The notes under the pieces are model-generated. The model was not told the DNA's origin. It was given only the letters and a program-made list of their open reading frames with translations, and ran no database searches. A stretch of 64,000 nucleotides of DNA from Chiloscyllium plagiosum (taxonomy: Eukaryota), in assembly GCF_004010195.1 (NCBI RefSeq), contig NC_057751.1:19045387-19109386 (forward strand). The letters run 5' to 3'. The stretch's first letter is position 1. Each line of letters begins with the position of its first letter. Of the stretch, positions 48,459 to 61,992 are shown piece by piece. The position numbers were made by a program, and so were the translations under genes.

Positions 48459-50931
48459 GTGAGTAAGCTAATGTTAATTTAGGGTGGTGGAGTCGGTTGT
48501 GCAGAGGGATCCCAAATGGTCTTGGTGTTCAAAGCTCCAAAGTATCTTAACTTGCAACTCTCGGAGTGGGCGGGGGTGCTCACAACTGTGCCTCATTGTG
48601 CAAGTGCCTTTGTTTTAAGGGGAGAAAATAACACCAGGTTTTTCAAGGAGCGCTGTCCGAATCACAATATTTGGTTCATGCTGGCTCACCTAACCATGTT
48701 ATCTGAATGCTTCTTGTATTTCTTCGTGAGTTTGACATTGGGTTCAGGGCAAAAGGTCTTGATGGGAGTTTGGGCTGAGAACAAGAAATCCTGTCCATCA
48801 GACCTCCTTGGGTGAGTGATCTGTTGATGCAGGGTTGGAATGACTGCAGCTGTACTGCACCAGAAAGCTGCAAGGTCAAGAGATTAACAGAATGCTTCAT
48901 AAATTGCAGAGCCAGATAAAGTCTTTTGAGTTTTAAATGGCAGTCATGATTCTGAGAATCAAGTGGCTGTCCAGTTCCAAGACTTGAACATGTAAGAAAC
49001 CTGAGGGAAAGGGAGAAATTGCTGTTGCTCAAAATGCACATTTAGTTTGGTCAGCATCAGAGGAGAGAAAAGAGAGTTTAACTTTTTAAGCACATAGACA
49101 GAACTGGATTGTAGATAGGACAGCTTCTCTCTGGCAACCAAAACCAGTTCTGGAGGACATTTGTACATACAAATGCTTACTGAATAGTGACAGCCATGAT
49201 GCATTCCAGGCATAAGACTCGTTGAGTTGCTTATTAATTGGATAAATGAGCCATACGGACCAACAACCTCCCTGTTCTTGGGCAATAGCAGAGGTCCTCC
49301 ATTTTGTCTCTGCTCCTTACGTAGGAAAGGGGGAAATAGAGTTCCTGCTCTCCCTCCCCCTCTTCACCTCCTGGAAGTGCATCTTTGTTATGTGAGACTA
49401 GAGCTGGGATTAGCTGTGCAATGAAATTGCTTGCTGGTACTCCCTTGAGCCTGGTTGCCTACTCCTGCTTTTCCTTGTGTTATGAATTGTATGATTTCAA
49501 TCCAACTTTGTTTATTTGTAAGAAAGCGATCTCTCTCATCTGCTTATTTCCTACCCTGCTTTCCAGTGATTTTAGGGGAGTGTGGTAAGTGTGAATCTTT
49601 TATTGGCTAACTGGGTGATTTATATACTGAAATTAGTTGGGGGAGGGAGCTAGTATTGCATCAGCAGAGAGGAGCAATACATAATGGACTTTGACTGAAG
49701 GCAGTGTTTCAGAATAAGCTCCTGTATCTTGTCCCACTGTGTGAATTGGCACTACGTTTGATTTGATTTTTGTTGCATGCAACAAGCTCGTTTGGATCTT
49801 TGGCAGTTTGTAATGGCTTTTAATGTGTTGACACTCCTTGAATCGCATGCACTGGCATCAGAGAGGAGAAAGAAGAATTAATGGCAGGAATTTCTAGTGC
49901 AGTGACAGATTAATAACCATGTTATTTTGATTCCGAGAATGGCAACCAGATAGGAATAAAGAACTTTAAAATGCTAAATTTCTAAAACTGGCCTCTATGA
50001 AAAGAGCACTAGTTCCAAGTACAGTTGTGAGAGCACAAAATTTGTGTAAACATGTTGGACCTGGCTGTGTGACAGACTGAGTGAAGGGGAAATGTGGAAA
50101 ACAAGCCTTTGTGTGCAATGAGGAAGTTTTATTATGTTCCCACGTGAGAACCTGTTTTGTGGTTTGCATCTCTTGTCTTGGGATACGGATTTGAACTAAG
50201 AAGGGGAGGCAAAGAGTTTGTGTTTTAAGAGGCATAGGTAAGTTTTTAAGCTGGTTGAGAGAGGGTTAATCCTATCATCGCAACTGGATAAATGCTGGTC
50301 TGAAAACTGCATGAAGATGAAAGTGGTGGACATCCTCTCTAAAGTTCTTAGTCATCTCCTGTGATTTTCCCCCCCCTCCTTTTCCCCCACCCCACTATAT
50401 AGTCCTGTAAAATGTAATTTTCAATGAGTATATTACAGATTTTCCGCTGGTTTATGAATTTAATCCCAATGAAACGATGCGTGATAGATTTGATGGGGCA
50501 CCTTTTAAAAAGATTACGGGAGAAACTGACGAGCTCAAAATGGTACTTTGATACTGACTGCATCATAAAAATTGGCTCCTTGACAATGCCGCAGAATGCT
50601 TTTTAACCTTGAATTTGATTAAAGGAACTTCACCTCTGGCCAGTGTTCATCTCCATACTTGGGGAAAAAATTGTGTAGGTGGCAATGTATCCAGCTTCGT
50701 TTGTACAATCTGATCTTGGTGATCTATGCATTTCTTGATCACATCATGTTGATTTGTAGCCATGCATGCTTGTGGAAGCAGAGTTGATTTTTATTGAATA
50801 GAGCCTGAGCGTGCTTAAATGGGGTCACCACAAATTGGATTCCCAGATGACTGGTGCAGTTTTCTTTTTGTTCTCGCTCGCTTTCTCTCTCTCTAGCTGG
50901 TTCATTTGCTGTCTCCTCTGTTCTCTCCTAG

Positions 50932-51203
50932 GCACCACACTGTGAGCATGCTTTCTGTAATGCCTGCATCACCCAGTGGTTCTCCCAGCAGCAGACCTGC
51001 CCGGTGGATCGCAGTGTTGTTACTCTAGCCCACCTTCGACCCGTTCCCCGCATCATGCGGAACATGCTGTCCAAACTGCAGATCACCTGCGACAATGCCA
51101 GCTATGGCTGCACAGCTGTGGTGCGGCTTGATCAGTTGACCTCTCACCTCAATGATTGCGAGCACAATCCGAAGCGACCCGTGACCTGTGAGCAGGGATG
51201 TGG
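50932..51203 (+). CDS. RNF41: RNF41 coding exon 2 (RING C-terminal half and zinc finger)
   Basis: APHCEHAFCNACITQWFSQQQTCPVDRS...CEHNPKRPVTCEQGCG. TAG acceptor, GG|GTGAGT donor, 272 nt. Confidence 0.97.
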
Positions 51204-51584
51204 GTGAGTTTCTTACAACGAGCTTTCAGAACTGTACATGCACCTGTATTTTAGGTGAACATAGTTCTTACTGAGCCAAAGGAAAGGGCCAGTTCCAATT
51301 GCTGGTTTATGTTGAGTTTATCTGTCTTCCCCAAACCCAGTGGTGAGGTGCTACCAGTCATCTTGGTAAAAGGCTGTTTGAGGGAGGGCTTAGAGATTTT
51401 GATAATCTGGCTTGTGTATGATGAACGGTCACCTGGATAGGGTGCTGGTAAATCCGCTGTCAGGGAGTTAAGAAAAGTTGTTTATCTTTTCTTTGTGATT
51501 TGACTTTGCTTTCGTTAGTCTTCTAGTGTTAGCTCTTGTGGGTGGCTGTACACCTTTTTTTGATACTGTTCTTAAATTGCTCAT

Positions 51585-51705
51585 CGTGTTAGGTGCTTTA
51601 GTCAGAGGGGAATGGGTCTGGGTGGGTTACTCTTCGGAGGGTCAGTGTGGACTGGTTGGGCCGAACGGCCTGTTTCCACACTGTAGGGAATCTAATCTAA
51701 TCTAA
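51585..51705 (+). mobile_element. HE1-type SINE 3' half
   Basis: GTGTGGACTGGTTGGGCCGAACGGCCTGTTTCCACACTGTAGGG(AATCT)3. Confidence 0.85.
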
Positions 51706-52418
51706 ATGACTACTCTTCATTGAGCCTGGAAGACAATAATTATCAACCAGCATCATTACCATGTCCTATCCTGAAGCTGTTTGATGTCCAGCTCTGCTTA
51801 TTCTTTCCTCCAAGGATCATTTCATTGTAGTTGGAAGCAGAAAACATTGCCTCTTCTCCCATTCACAACCCACCCAGCCATGAAAGATCAATTTCTCTGC
51901 CCTAATTTGGCCCTCTTGGCTTCAGAATGATTCATGGTACAGGAGGCACAATTAAGATAAAGAGAAAGTAAAAGCCTCCGGGATATGGTAAATATAAACT
52001 GACTTCTGGATGTTTTCTTAATATTGTAATCCATTTAGGGTCTGTTGTCATGGAAGACCTACCCATTTCCTGCCCTCCTTTTATTTGCCCTTCTCCACAA
52101 GTGATGTGCTGATCATACCCGTGCTGGCTGGTGAGAGTGTCTGTCAGTGACAAGCTGGCCATTCAAGGAGATGCGAATCTGTGACTTGAGTGAACCTGTG
52201 CTGTTCTCATGCACCCTTCATTCAGCAGCGTGGTGCCTAGTCATTTCCAGAGTGAAAAGGAGGATTCTTGGAAGTATCCTCAAAAGATTGAGATATTTTA
52301 ACTGTCATATTTGTTTTTGCTTTGCTGATTAAAATTAACAAGATTTTGTTTTTAGGGAAACTATAGTAATTGGTTCTGCTGTTCTGTTATTTTACCTTGG
52401 TTGTCCTCCCTTTTTCAG

Positions 52419-52554
52419 ATTAGAAATGCCCAAAGATGAACTACCAAACCACAACTGTACCAAACACCTTCGCACAGTGGTACTTCAACAACAGGGGAAG
52501 ATTGCAGAACTGGAGAAGGCTTCAGCAGAGCATAAACATCAGCTGGCAGAGCAG
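52419..52554 (+). CDS. RNF41: RNF41 coding exon 3
   Basis: LEMPKDELPNHNCTKHLRTVVLQQQGKIAELEKASAEHKHQLAEQ. CAG acceptor, GTGGGT donor, 136 nt. Confidence 0.96.
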
Positions 52555-54509
52555 GTGGGTACTTGCTGGCACATGGCCTAGCAATACTACTGAAACATTG
52601 ACCTGGGTGCTGTCAAGGTTCTGACTTTCCATGTGGACTAGCTAATATCATTATCATTGACCATGTAAATGCCCTTCTACTGTGATCCTGGAGAAGCAAA
52701 AAGTAATTTTTTTTTTAGAAAGAGTAGACCTCACCACTTAAAAGGTCTGCCTCTAAAATGGGCATTGTTTGTATTGGCCAAAACTCACCAAATGTCTCAT
52801 GATAAATGGTTCAGGTCTATTTCAGAGTTGGTAGTGATGGGTATTAAATGCTCCTTTTTTTTTTAGCAGGAACAGCTGTACTTACTCACTTATGATATTG
52901 TATGATGAAATAATTTTTTTTGTTTGAAAATGTTTTGTTAAACACGATCATTCCAAAACGTGCTGTGAGGTATTTGGGTTGTTTGGTGAAGGACATGTAC
53001 TTGGGTATGTCAGAGTTAAAATGGTCAAGTGCTAGCCTTTAGCTCTGTGGGGCTCATAACTCCTTCCTGCACTTAATCACACAGAGGTGAGTTCTGGCTT
53101 TGAGGAGTCGAAGTTGCATTTACACTGCACTGTGACATTTGTGTGAGGCCATTGATATGAAGTGCAGTGTTAAAGCTGTAGAGCAAAACCACTTCGGGCG
53201 CAATCTGACTCTCGAGCAAATCAGAGCAAGCTCCCTCTAAGGAGGAGTCATTGGGAATTATAAAAGAAACCTGCTCAAATGTATTTATAGTCAGCTTGGT
53301 TTTTCTTTTATATGGTTTATTTGTGACTGAGGGAGTTGTAAAGTTTGCAGAGTGGAGCATTAAAAGCAATGTATGCTTTGCAGCATGTGGCATGCTCCTG
53401 TGTGAGTCTTTTCTGCAGTGCCTTGTTTGTGAGGGAACGATTGACAATGCGCACAAACTAAATTGCATTATTACAAGTGAAATTTCAGTAACTCTCCTCC
53501 AAATGAAAAGGATCTTGTAATCTGTTTTCATTTATCCATTTTTCTTATGGATACGCAATGTTTCCACTTTTCAATGAGAACTGTTTATTAGAAACCACCA
53601 TTCTTGTGCTGTCTTGCTCCGCTGGCTACCTCACTTGCAAATTTGCTCTCTTTATAACCTGTAGGCACTGTATGTGGTTAATTGTCTGAGATCTTGAAGA
53701 CTTTAGGGGCTGCTGCTTTGTTAAACAGGCAAAGAAGATTGTCTTTCTGAAGGGTAGAACTGCACTACCTTGTATCGTACTAAGTTATCAAGGCTTGGAA
53801 GGTTTGGTTCTATAGTTTTAATAGTTTGCCCTGACACAGAGAGTGAAGGATATCTATTGTTATCACTGACTAGCTTGACTAAACAAGTGCATGGGCATTG
53901 ATTTGATGGGCAGTCACTTTTTTTCTTGCAGATAAATAAAGCCCTTGGGACAAAATGCTAGGGGTCTGCTGACATCTGCGACCCAAAAAAACAGGAGATA
54001 AGAATAGAGAGAAATTGATGGAGTGGGTTAGATGAAGTAAGTGGGAGGTGTTTCATAGCATTGACAAAGGTGTAGGCATATTTGGAATATTTTGTGTACA
54101 GGTAGTTCTTCTATAATGTGACGGTTCCATTCTTGTGTGAACCTGTGTTGTATAAAAATTGTGCAACAAAATTAGTATTTAGTTTTGGTGATGCAATCCA
54201 TATTACAACCAACACACATTTTAAAAGTTTGCACTTCAGAAGCCACGTCCCTTATTTGTCAGTTGCATTGCAGCCAATTCGCTTTGACGAAACGCGTGTT
54301 ATAGCAGAATGACCCGTACTTGCTTCTGACTGTAGACAAACTGTATCTTGATGTTTTGGGGCATTTTCCTTGGTGAAAATATGTCCTCTAAAGAAAACTT
54401 TAAAATAACAAGCTAGCAATACTCAGCAGCTCCGTCAGCATCTGATTAAAGGCAGATTATTGACGATCATTGATCAATTCTGTGTGTATGTGTTTTCCTT
54501 ACTTTGCAG

Positions 54510-54613
54510 AAACGAGACATTCAACTTTTGAAAGCGTACATGAGGGCTATCCGCAGTGCAAACCCAAATCTACAGAACTTGGAGGAAACCATTGAGTACA
54601 ATGAGATCCTAGA
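54510..54613 (+). CDS. RNF41: RNF41 coding exon 4
   Basis: KRDIQLLKAYMRAIRSANPNLQNLEETIEYNEILE. CAG acceptor, GTATGT donor, 104 nt. Confidence 0.96.
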
Positions 54614-54994
54614 GTATGTTTCTGTTCAGTTTCTTGTCCTTTTGCCTTGTGCCGTTCTGTGACTAAGTAGGGAAACCATTGGCTTCTTTCCAGACCTTGG
54701 CGGCTTTGTAGCCAGCCACTTTAAGATGTTAGAGAATTATAAGCAGTCCATGCTTTGTAAGCTGCTAACAGTCTTCCAGTTAATTTCCTAAATATACTTG
54801 TTCTGTATCTGTGACCTATTTCTGCAGGAGTTCAGAATGTAGAGCATTTAAATGGAGGTATTTGAGCTAAATTAAGATACTTAAGCAGGATCTATTTCAA
54901 CTTGTATCCATTCTTTAAATTCAATTTCAATATCGTCTGCCATTGCATAATTATGATCCTGTATAAAGCAATCACTAAATATCCCAGTAACATC

Positions 54995-55690
54995 TTTGGT
55001 GTTGGCTGTGGCTCAGTAGTATATGATTGAGGATGACACTCGTGCAGTACTGAGGCCCCATCCATCTGCTCAAATGGACACACAAGATCCCATAGTACTA
55101 CTTTGAAGAAGAGAGGGAGAGATTGCCCCAGTGCCCTGGCCAATATTTATCCCTTAGTCAACAACACCAAAAGGGGTTGTCCGATCATTATCGTGTTTGT
55201 GCGCAAATTGGCAGCTGCATTTCCCATATTACACCAGTGATCGTGCTTCAAAATACTTCATTGGCTGTAAAGTGCTTTGGGATGCCCTGAGGTCACAAAA
55301 TGCGCTATATAAATGCATTTTCTTTTCAATTTGCAAGGCTTTAGCATAAAATCTAGGTCAACACTCCTGGTGCAGTACTGAGGGAGTGTGGCACTGTTGG
55401 AAGTGCCATCTTTCAGATGAAATGTTAAATCAAGACCCTGTTTGCCCTCTTGGGTGGGTATTAAAAGAGCAGTATTTGAAGTGAGGTATTCTCCCTGGCG
55501 TCAATGTTTATCCCTTCAGCCAGCACCGTTTATGAACAAACTAACTGGGCATTATCACAATGCTGTTCGCAGGAGCTTGCTGTGCGCAAAAACAAAAGAG
55601 GCTGCAATGTTTTTAACATTACAACAGTAATCAGACTTCCAAAAAAAAGCATTTCATTGGCTGTAAAGCACTTTGGGAAGTCCTAAGTCT
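54995..55690 (+). mobile_element. Two tandem SacSINE1/Deu-like SINEs
   Basis: Core GTGCGCAAATTGGC and tail TTCATTGGCTGTAAAG(T/C)(G/A)CTTTGGGA occur twice. Confidence 0.7.
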
Positions 55691-55734
55691 TTGAAATCCA
55701 TTAATATCTTAATTTAGCAACCGTCTTTATAATG

Positions 55735-55957
55735 GGCGAAAGTGAGGTCTGCAGCTGCTGGAGATCAGAATCTAGATTAGAGGGGTGCTGGGAAAGCACA
55801 GCAGGTCAGGCAGCATCCGAGGAGCAGGAAAATCGACGTTTTGGGCATTCCTGATGAAGGGCTTTTGGCTGAAACGTCGGGTTTTTTTTTGTGTTTTTTT
55901 TTCCTGCTCCTCAGATGTTGCCTGACCTGCTGTGCTTTTCCAGCACGACTCTGATCT
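55735..55957. mobile_element. Palindromic family A element in RNF41 intron 4
   Basis: Inverted arms homologous to 31440-31660. TSD AACCGTCTTT(A/G)TAATG at 55719-55734 and 55958-55973. Motif CTGATGA-AGGGC(TTTT)GGCT-GAAA-CGTC at 55851-55878. Confidence 0.88.
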
Positions 55958-56409
55958 AACCGTCTTTGTAATGTTGACCGGCTGATCATTTTTGGAAACT
56001 TCCTTTCCAACCACTTTACATTGCTTATGTCCATTAAGTTAGTTCTGGAGCTAACTGCAATAGTTGTATAAATGACTAAACACTTTTTTTGTTCAATCAT
56101 CTTGAGGGCTGAGAGGATGGTGGGGAGGAACCATTTGTTTTTCTAATGTGTCACTATTTAAAAAAAATATATAATGGTGACCAAGACTAAAATGGCCTAT
56201 CCCAGGCAGTTGTCTAGAGGAATAAAGGGGGACCAATAAGAAGAAAGCTTAAAAGTATTAAAATGGTGCATGTATTCTAGAGTTTCCACTGTACCTTGCA
56301 TGCTGCAGTAATGGGGGGGGTGGGGAAGAGCTGTGGGGGGAAGAGCTGTGGGGGCAGGGCAGCACTCATGCATTTATTTGCAGTGATTTGGAAATAGATT
56401 ACCACCCTA

Positions 56410-56790
56410 CAGTCTGGAATATAAAGTGTATGCATCAAAGATACTGCCTTTTGGATGAGATATTTAACGTTAAACTGAGAACCCATCTGCACCCTTAAGT
56501 GGACATAACCAGTCCCACGGGCACACTTTGTTGTAGGGCACGTTTTCCTACTGTTCTAGCCAGTATTCACCCCGACATCACTTCAGTTTTTACTTGAAGG
56601 TAAATGGGGTATTTGGTCTTTATTGCATTGCTGTTTTGTGGGAGCTTGCTGTGCGCAAATTGGCTGCTGCATTTCCTATGTTACAATAGCTACTGAGCTC
56701 TTTAAAAGTAGCTCATTTGAATGTAAAGTACTTCAGGACTTCCTGAGGTTGTGAAAGGCACCATATGAAAGCAAAGCTTTCTTTTTCTCT
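56410..56790 (+). mobile_element. SacSINE1/Deu-like SINE
   Basis: TGTGGGAGCTTGCTGTGCGCAAATTGGCTGCTGC core and CCTGAGGTTGTGAAAGGCAC tail. Confidence 0.7.
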
Positions 56791-57229
56791 CTCCTTTTTA
56801 ATGTTCCCTGTCCATTTGGCTGCAAAGTTTTTTTTTAAAAAAGGAAAATCTAAATTTTAAATGTGAACCAAGTTGCATGCAGGGAAAAGATGAAGATTTT
56901 TGTAGTGTTGGCAACATCCTATTGTGCAGCCCTCTGAGCTGAGGCAGAATGTGGTCTCTGTGCAATACCCTAGCTGTGACAGGGTGCTGGTCATATTGGC
57001 TCCTCCTTCCCCACTCCCCACCCTGTGCTGAGTCCCAAATGGGTCAGGAAGCAGTCATGTGCAATATGTTATTGCAACCCCTCTATCTGGATGAGGATGT
57101 GAAGTTGCAAGGAGGAAAGAAACTGTGTGCTCTATTCATCTGAATTTGTAGGGCTTAGTTGACAGGGATTTTGTTTATTTTGTTAAATAAAATGCACACA
57201 TTACCTGAATGGTATCTTCTGTATTGTAG

Positions 57230-57584
57230 GTGGGTCAATTCATTGCAACCTGCTAGAGTAACCCGCTGGGGTGGCATGATCTCCACCCCTGATGCAGTTC
57301 TGCAAGCAGTCATTAAGCGGTCTCTCATAGACAGCGGGTGCCCAATGTCCATAGTCAATGATCTCATCGAAAACGCACATGAGAGGAACTGGCCTCAGGG
57401 CCTGGCCACTTTAGAGACTCGTCAAATGAACCGCAGGTACTACGAGAACTATGTAGCTAAACGAATACCAGGGAAGCAGGCAGTGGTGGTGATGGCGTGT
57501 GAAAACCAACATATGGGAGAGGACATGATCATGGAGCCTGGTTTGGTGATGATCTTTGCTCATGGTGTGGAGGAAATCTTTTAA
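57230..57584 (+). CDS. RNF41: RNF41 last coding exon (USP8/substrate-binding domain)
   Basis: WVNSLQPARVTRWGGMISTPDAVLQ...EPGLVMIFAHGVEEIF*. TAG acceptor. The five exons sum to 957 nt, giving 318 aa plus stop. Confidence 0.98.
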
Positions 57585-58691
57585 AACAAACACAATGTGT
57601 TCCTTTTTGTTTGAATGAAGTTCATAATGAAAAGAAAGCAAGACTTGGCCTTGCCCTAACTAGAATATCTTCAGTGGAAAAAGAATTCTACAGAATCTTC
57701 ACATCTATTTGCATTATGGACCATTTGACCAACGGCTTTTATGCAGCTCAAGAACTGGTGTAAAGGATGAGCTTGCAGCTCACAGAACATTTGTCACAAC
57801 CATTGTTTTTTATTTATTCTTTCAAGATTAAAAGACTAAAGGCAAGAAGTACAGTTCTGATGCCCATTCCAGTTCTTGCTGCCACGTGAGAAAACTAACA
57901 TTTGTGGCGCTATTTTACCTTACCGATAGTGGTTTGAGTTGTGCTCTGATACCTGATTTACATGTTTGTTTCTTTGCCTTGTTGCAAACAGAATAGTAAT
58001 GGACAATATTTCTATTGTAGAAGCTGCTGCTACACTGTGGTTGAGTGTAGAATACAAAAGTGTTTCTGTGATCATTTTGGAGGGAAAGTCTTTTCAGGTT
58101 GCTCTGTTTGAGCAGAGCTCACAGACAAACTTAAAACAAATAGATTTTAGTCCTGTATGTACAATATGGCTTAATATCCACTAAAGTAATCAAAATGACT
58201 CTGATTTGCTGCAAACAAAAACTATGTTCAGGCATGATCAAAAAAGTTGTTTTTGGCAAAACCCAAGTGAGATGTGGGGTAATGTGTGAAACATGAATAA
58301 TCACCTTGAAGTGTGGTTTACTAAGTAACCAGTCAGGCTGAGATGAATTGAATTTGCAACTGCTACAGGGCATTGCAATTGCATTCACCTTTTTTTGTTT
58401 TACTTTGAACCTGTGCTAATATTAATCACTTTAACCTAAATCCTACCTTCTTTTGGATTTGCCTTGAATTGAATTATTAAACTTGATGTCAAATGATCTC
58501 TGAACAGAGTTTTGTGCAAGAATGGCCAAAATTGGAGTGAGATGCCTCCAGTGGGGAAACAACAAAAAGATTGGCCTTTTTTGACCCTGTAACTAATCCT
58601 GCTTTTAAAATCCTGTAAGTATTTTATTGTGTGATGTAACCAGGATGCCATCTTGATTTTGAAACCGTCTACAGATACCTGAATATATGAC

Positions 58692-58751
<60 letters not shown>
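58692..58751. repeat. (TCTG)n microsatellite, about 15 copies, in the RNF41 3' UTR
   Basis: Perfect tetranucleotide run. Confidence 0.95.
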
Positions 58752-58752
<1 letters not shown>

Positions 58753-61241
58753 GTACGTATGAGAGAGAATCTTTTCATGTAAACTTCAAAAGTAACCCGG
58801 CTACTTTCTCCTGTGGATGGATGTTGAATGCATGTTTGCAGGCCACAAAACTACAATGAAGGCTGAGCTAGTAAAGGATTGCAAAAAAAAAATATGAATG
58901 AAAGGGATCCTAGAAAGCCTAAGTATAACATTTATATTTAAAAAAAACATTTAATTCACTTGGCTTTGTTTCAGTGGAACTGACTGAACTAGGTATCAGT
59001 ACTTTGGTACCTGTACCTAATATTGGACATTTTAACTGACTGCAAATTATTAAATTTGATCGAAAGTAGCCAAGAATGATCAGACCGATTTGTCACTGGC
59101 AACAGGTTTAGAATGTGGTGCTTCAAGTCCTAACTTGATGAAGAGAGGGAAAATGCCGTTAATCTATAAATTCTAACTAGAACTCATGTCTGTACGTATT
59201 ATTTTGATTAAAGTCTTGCTGTTTGACTGGGAATTTTTAATTTTTTTCCACAAATAGGTGAATTCTCTCCTTCAGCATTCAAAATTTTAAGTTTACAAAA
59301 ACCCTTTGCAAGTGTGTAACATGGTTTAACTTTTGTTAGGGCTAGAAACTGGGTCTATGGTGTTGATTCAGTCCTGGGCAGTTTTTTTTAAAAAAAGCCG
59401 AGTTCAGATCCAGCAAATCTTTATCACAGTCCCTTGTGCAGTTCCCTATGCCTTTCAAATTGTAGGGAAATCTAGTCCATAGGTCTTGAATGTATATCAT
59501 TTTTGAGCTCAAATCTAGGGTATATTGCTTAAGGTTTGTTTCAGAAGGATAACAATTACATTATTTATTTTGAGGTTAAGAGGACCTTCAGTGTTTGGAC
59601 AACATGAAGGAATACTCTTTCTATTCAACTTGGGAGTGGACTCAGGAATGTCATAACACCCATCCAAGGAAGTGTCACCTTTTTTATTTTTCCATGGAAT
59701 CCACTGAAGTGTCTAAACCTTGGGCCTCCTGGATTCTGAGAGTTTTCCAGCAAGCTAAAAGCTATTTTAATGTCTGATTTCTGGTTAATAATCAGTACAA
59801 ATATTTTGTCCAGCATCATAAATGCTCTTGGAGGGCTTAAGATACAAATTTGTGCACCAAAGTTTGCAGTAAGTGACATGACTGTGACACTCCCTCTGCA
59901 CATCCAGGGAATCCATCATGACCTTTTTTTTTCCCCCAGGCGACTGGTAATTTAACGTGCAAAGGTGCAGTAAGGGCTTTCCCCTCAAGTTTATTTTAAG
60001 TTTTAAACTAATTGATTTGCAACATGTCACACAGTCCCTTTTTGGATGTTTCCATTTGGATCTTGAGGTGGCTTGACGTTGCTAAGAAAAATGAAACTTC
60101 CAGCTTGGCTGGTTGGCCCTGGGCAGAAAGGTAGCTAGTATCTGGTCTGGTCCTGTTTTTTTTTTTAAATCATCTGTATATCTTTCCTGAAATTGTGTGA
60201 CAAAAGTGACTTTGAGTGCCCTTGACTAAAATCTATCCAAATGCAGTCAGAAAGGATTTTTCTTTAAATCGCCTGGTTATGTGCAGAAAGCTATTGTAGT
60301 GATGACGGTGTTCACAAGCCTGCTTTCATTTAGTGCCAAGGATTCTGTATAATCGTAAAGGAGCTATTCCCATTTCCAGCTTTATACCCTTGACTTTGGG
60401 ACTAAACAAAGCTACCTAAGAATATCCTCGTGGGGAAATAATGTGTCTTTTTTCAAAACAAAAATTCTCTCTGTCTCTCTGCATATCTCAAGAAGGAGCT
60501 AGTGGCCATTTGGTCCCAAATTGACATTCTACATTTATCAAGGGACATTTTTGATTGAGGGCATTCCAGGCAGGCTTATCTTTTGATTTTTTAAAATATA
60601 TTTTTCAGTTATGGTCACTGCTTTTAAAACCTGTCAAGTGCAGTACCCTGATGTGTTTTGTCCCTCCATAACCAGAGGATGCTGAGGTCAACTATAATCT
60701 CTCCGGGTTGCTGCCCAGTCTGAGATTGACTACCTCTGCTCAGAGCAGAAATTTAAATTCTTGGTTACACTGGGGGAGAAGAGGGGTGGGTATCTTTTAC
60801 CTAGCTTCTTGGAGCTTTAAAGTAACTTCCAATGCGATAGATGGAAAAGCAGAATTTGGCCACTGTGTTAATCCTCTCTGGAATATCGTCCTGCAGCAGC
60901 CGATTGGAATTGTTGTCTATTCGATAATATGCATAGAAAATCAAATAGTATTTTAGAAACTGTTATCTTGCAGTAAAACAAGCAAACTTGTATGAAGTGT
61001 TTTTTTTAATGTTGCTCCAGAAAACAATTCAGTACTTTTTTTTAAATTTTATAAAGCTATGTATTGTCTCAGTGTGTGTCTTTTTAAGGTGGACCTTCTG
61101 AGTACACAAGTTTTATTTTGTGATTGGCGAATGTTTGCAGTCCAGAATTGTCTCCTGTAGCTGATTAGTTGTGATGTATTTGAAAAGCTGTGGCACTTGG
61201 TATTAATGATGAACAAAACACTTTTCATAAATTATCTGTGA

Positions 61242-61285
61242 AATAAAACTCATACTATGTATTTGGTCTTTGTGTCTTTTTTTCT
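61242..61285 (+). terminator. Probable RNF41 polyadenylation signal
   Basis: AATAAA at 61242-61247 followed by the GU/U-rich element TTTGGTCTTTGTGTCTTTTTTT. A second AATAAA lies at 61632. Confidence 0.55.
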
Positions 61286-61992
61286 CCCCCCAACTTGCGC
61301 TGTCTGCGCATGTGCCAATCTTTATTTTCCTGTCTCACCACCTTGCTTCCAGCATGGTTTATCCTCCATTTTGCTCACAACCCTCAGCCAGGACGTTCTG
61401 TTCCAGCTGAGCACGGGGCTAATTGCATTCTGTACTACATTCTGGTACACAGTTTCAAATGTTTGTTTGCCCACCAGAGTGACATTGGCCGGTTAATTAC
61501 ATACCCGATGGGCTTGTTTGTCTTGTCAGATTGTTCTTGTAGTGTTCATCTGCAAAATGTGAGAGAGGTTTATGCAAAGTGGAGAATTGTACAGATGAAT
61601 GCCAAATTAAACCTCTGCTTGGGCAGTACAAAATAAAACGTCAGTAGATGTGGTGATAGCTGCACCGAAATGTAGGAATGGAACAAAATAGCTGATCTCT
61701 ATGCAAATTGGAAGCCAAAATAGATATTGGATATATGTCCAATCAGTTTAATAAAACAAATGGAATGCTGCAGTGCAAAATCAATACGCTTGAAAACTAC
61801 TTTAAGGAAGTCCCTGCTTAAGTCAGACTTTACGTGGAGTACTGAGTCCAGTTTTGGTCCACAAGGCTTTTTTTGGGGGGGGGGGCGCGCGCAGGTGGTG
61901 GGAAATGTTTGCATACTCTTTGCAGTTCCAATGGCTGATCCTGTGCACTAACTTAAGAACTGAAAGTGGATGTTGTAAATCAAACAAAGGGT

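Noticed and set aside
57159..57229. N-terminal extension of the 141-aa ORF
   Set aside because: Intronic sequence upstream of the TAG acceptor. RNF41 homology starts at 57230.
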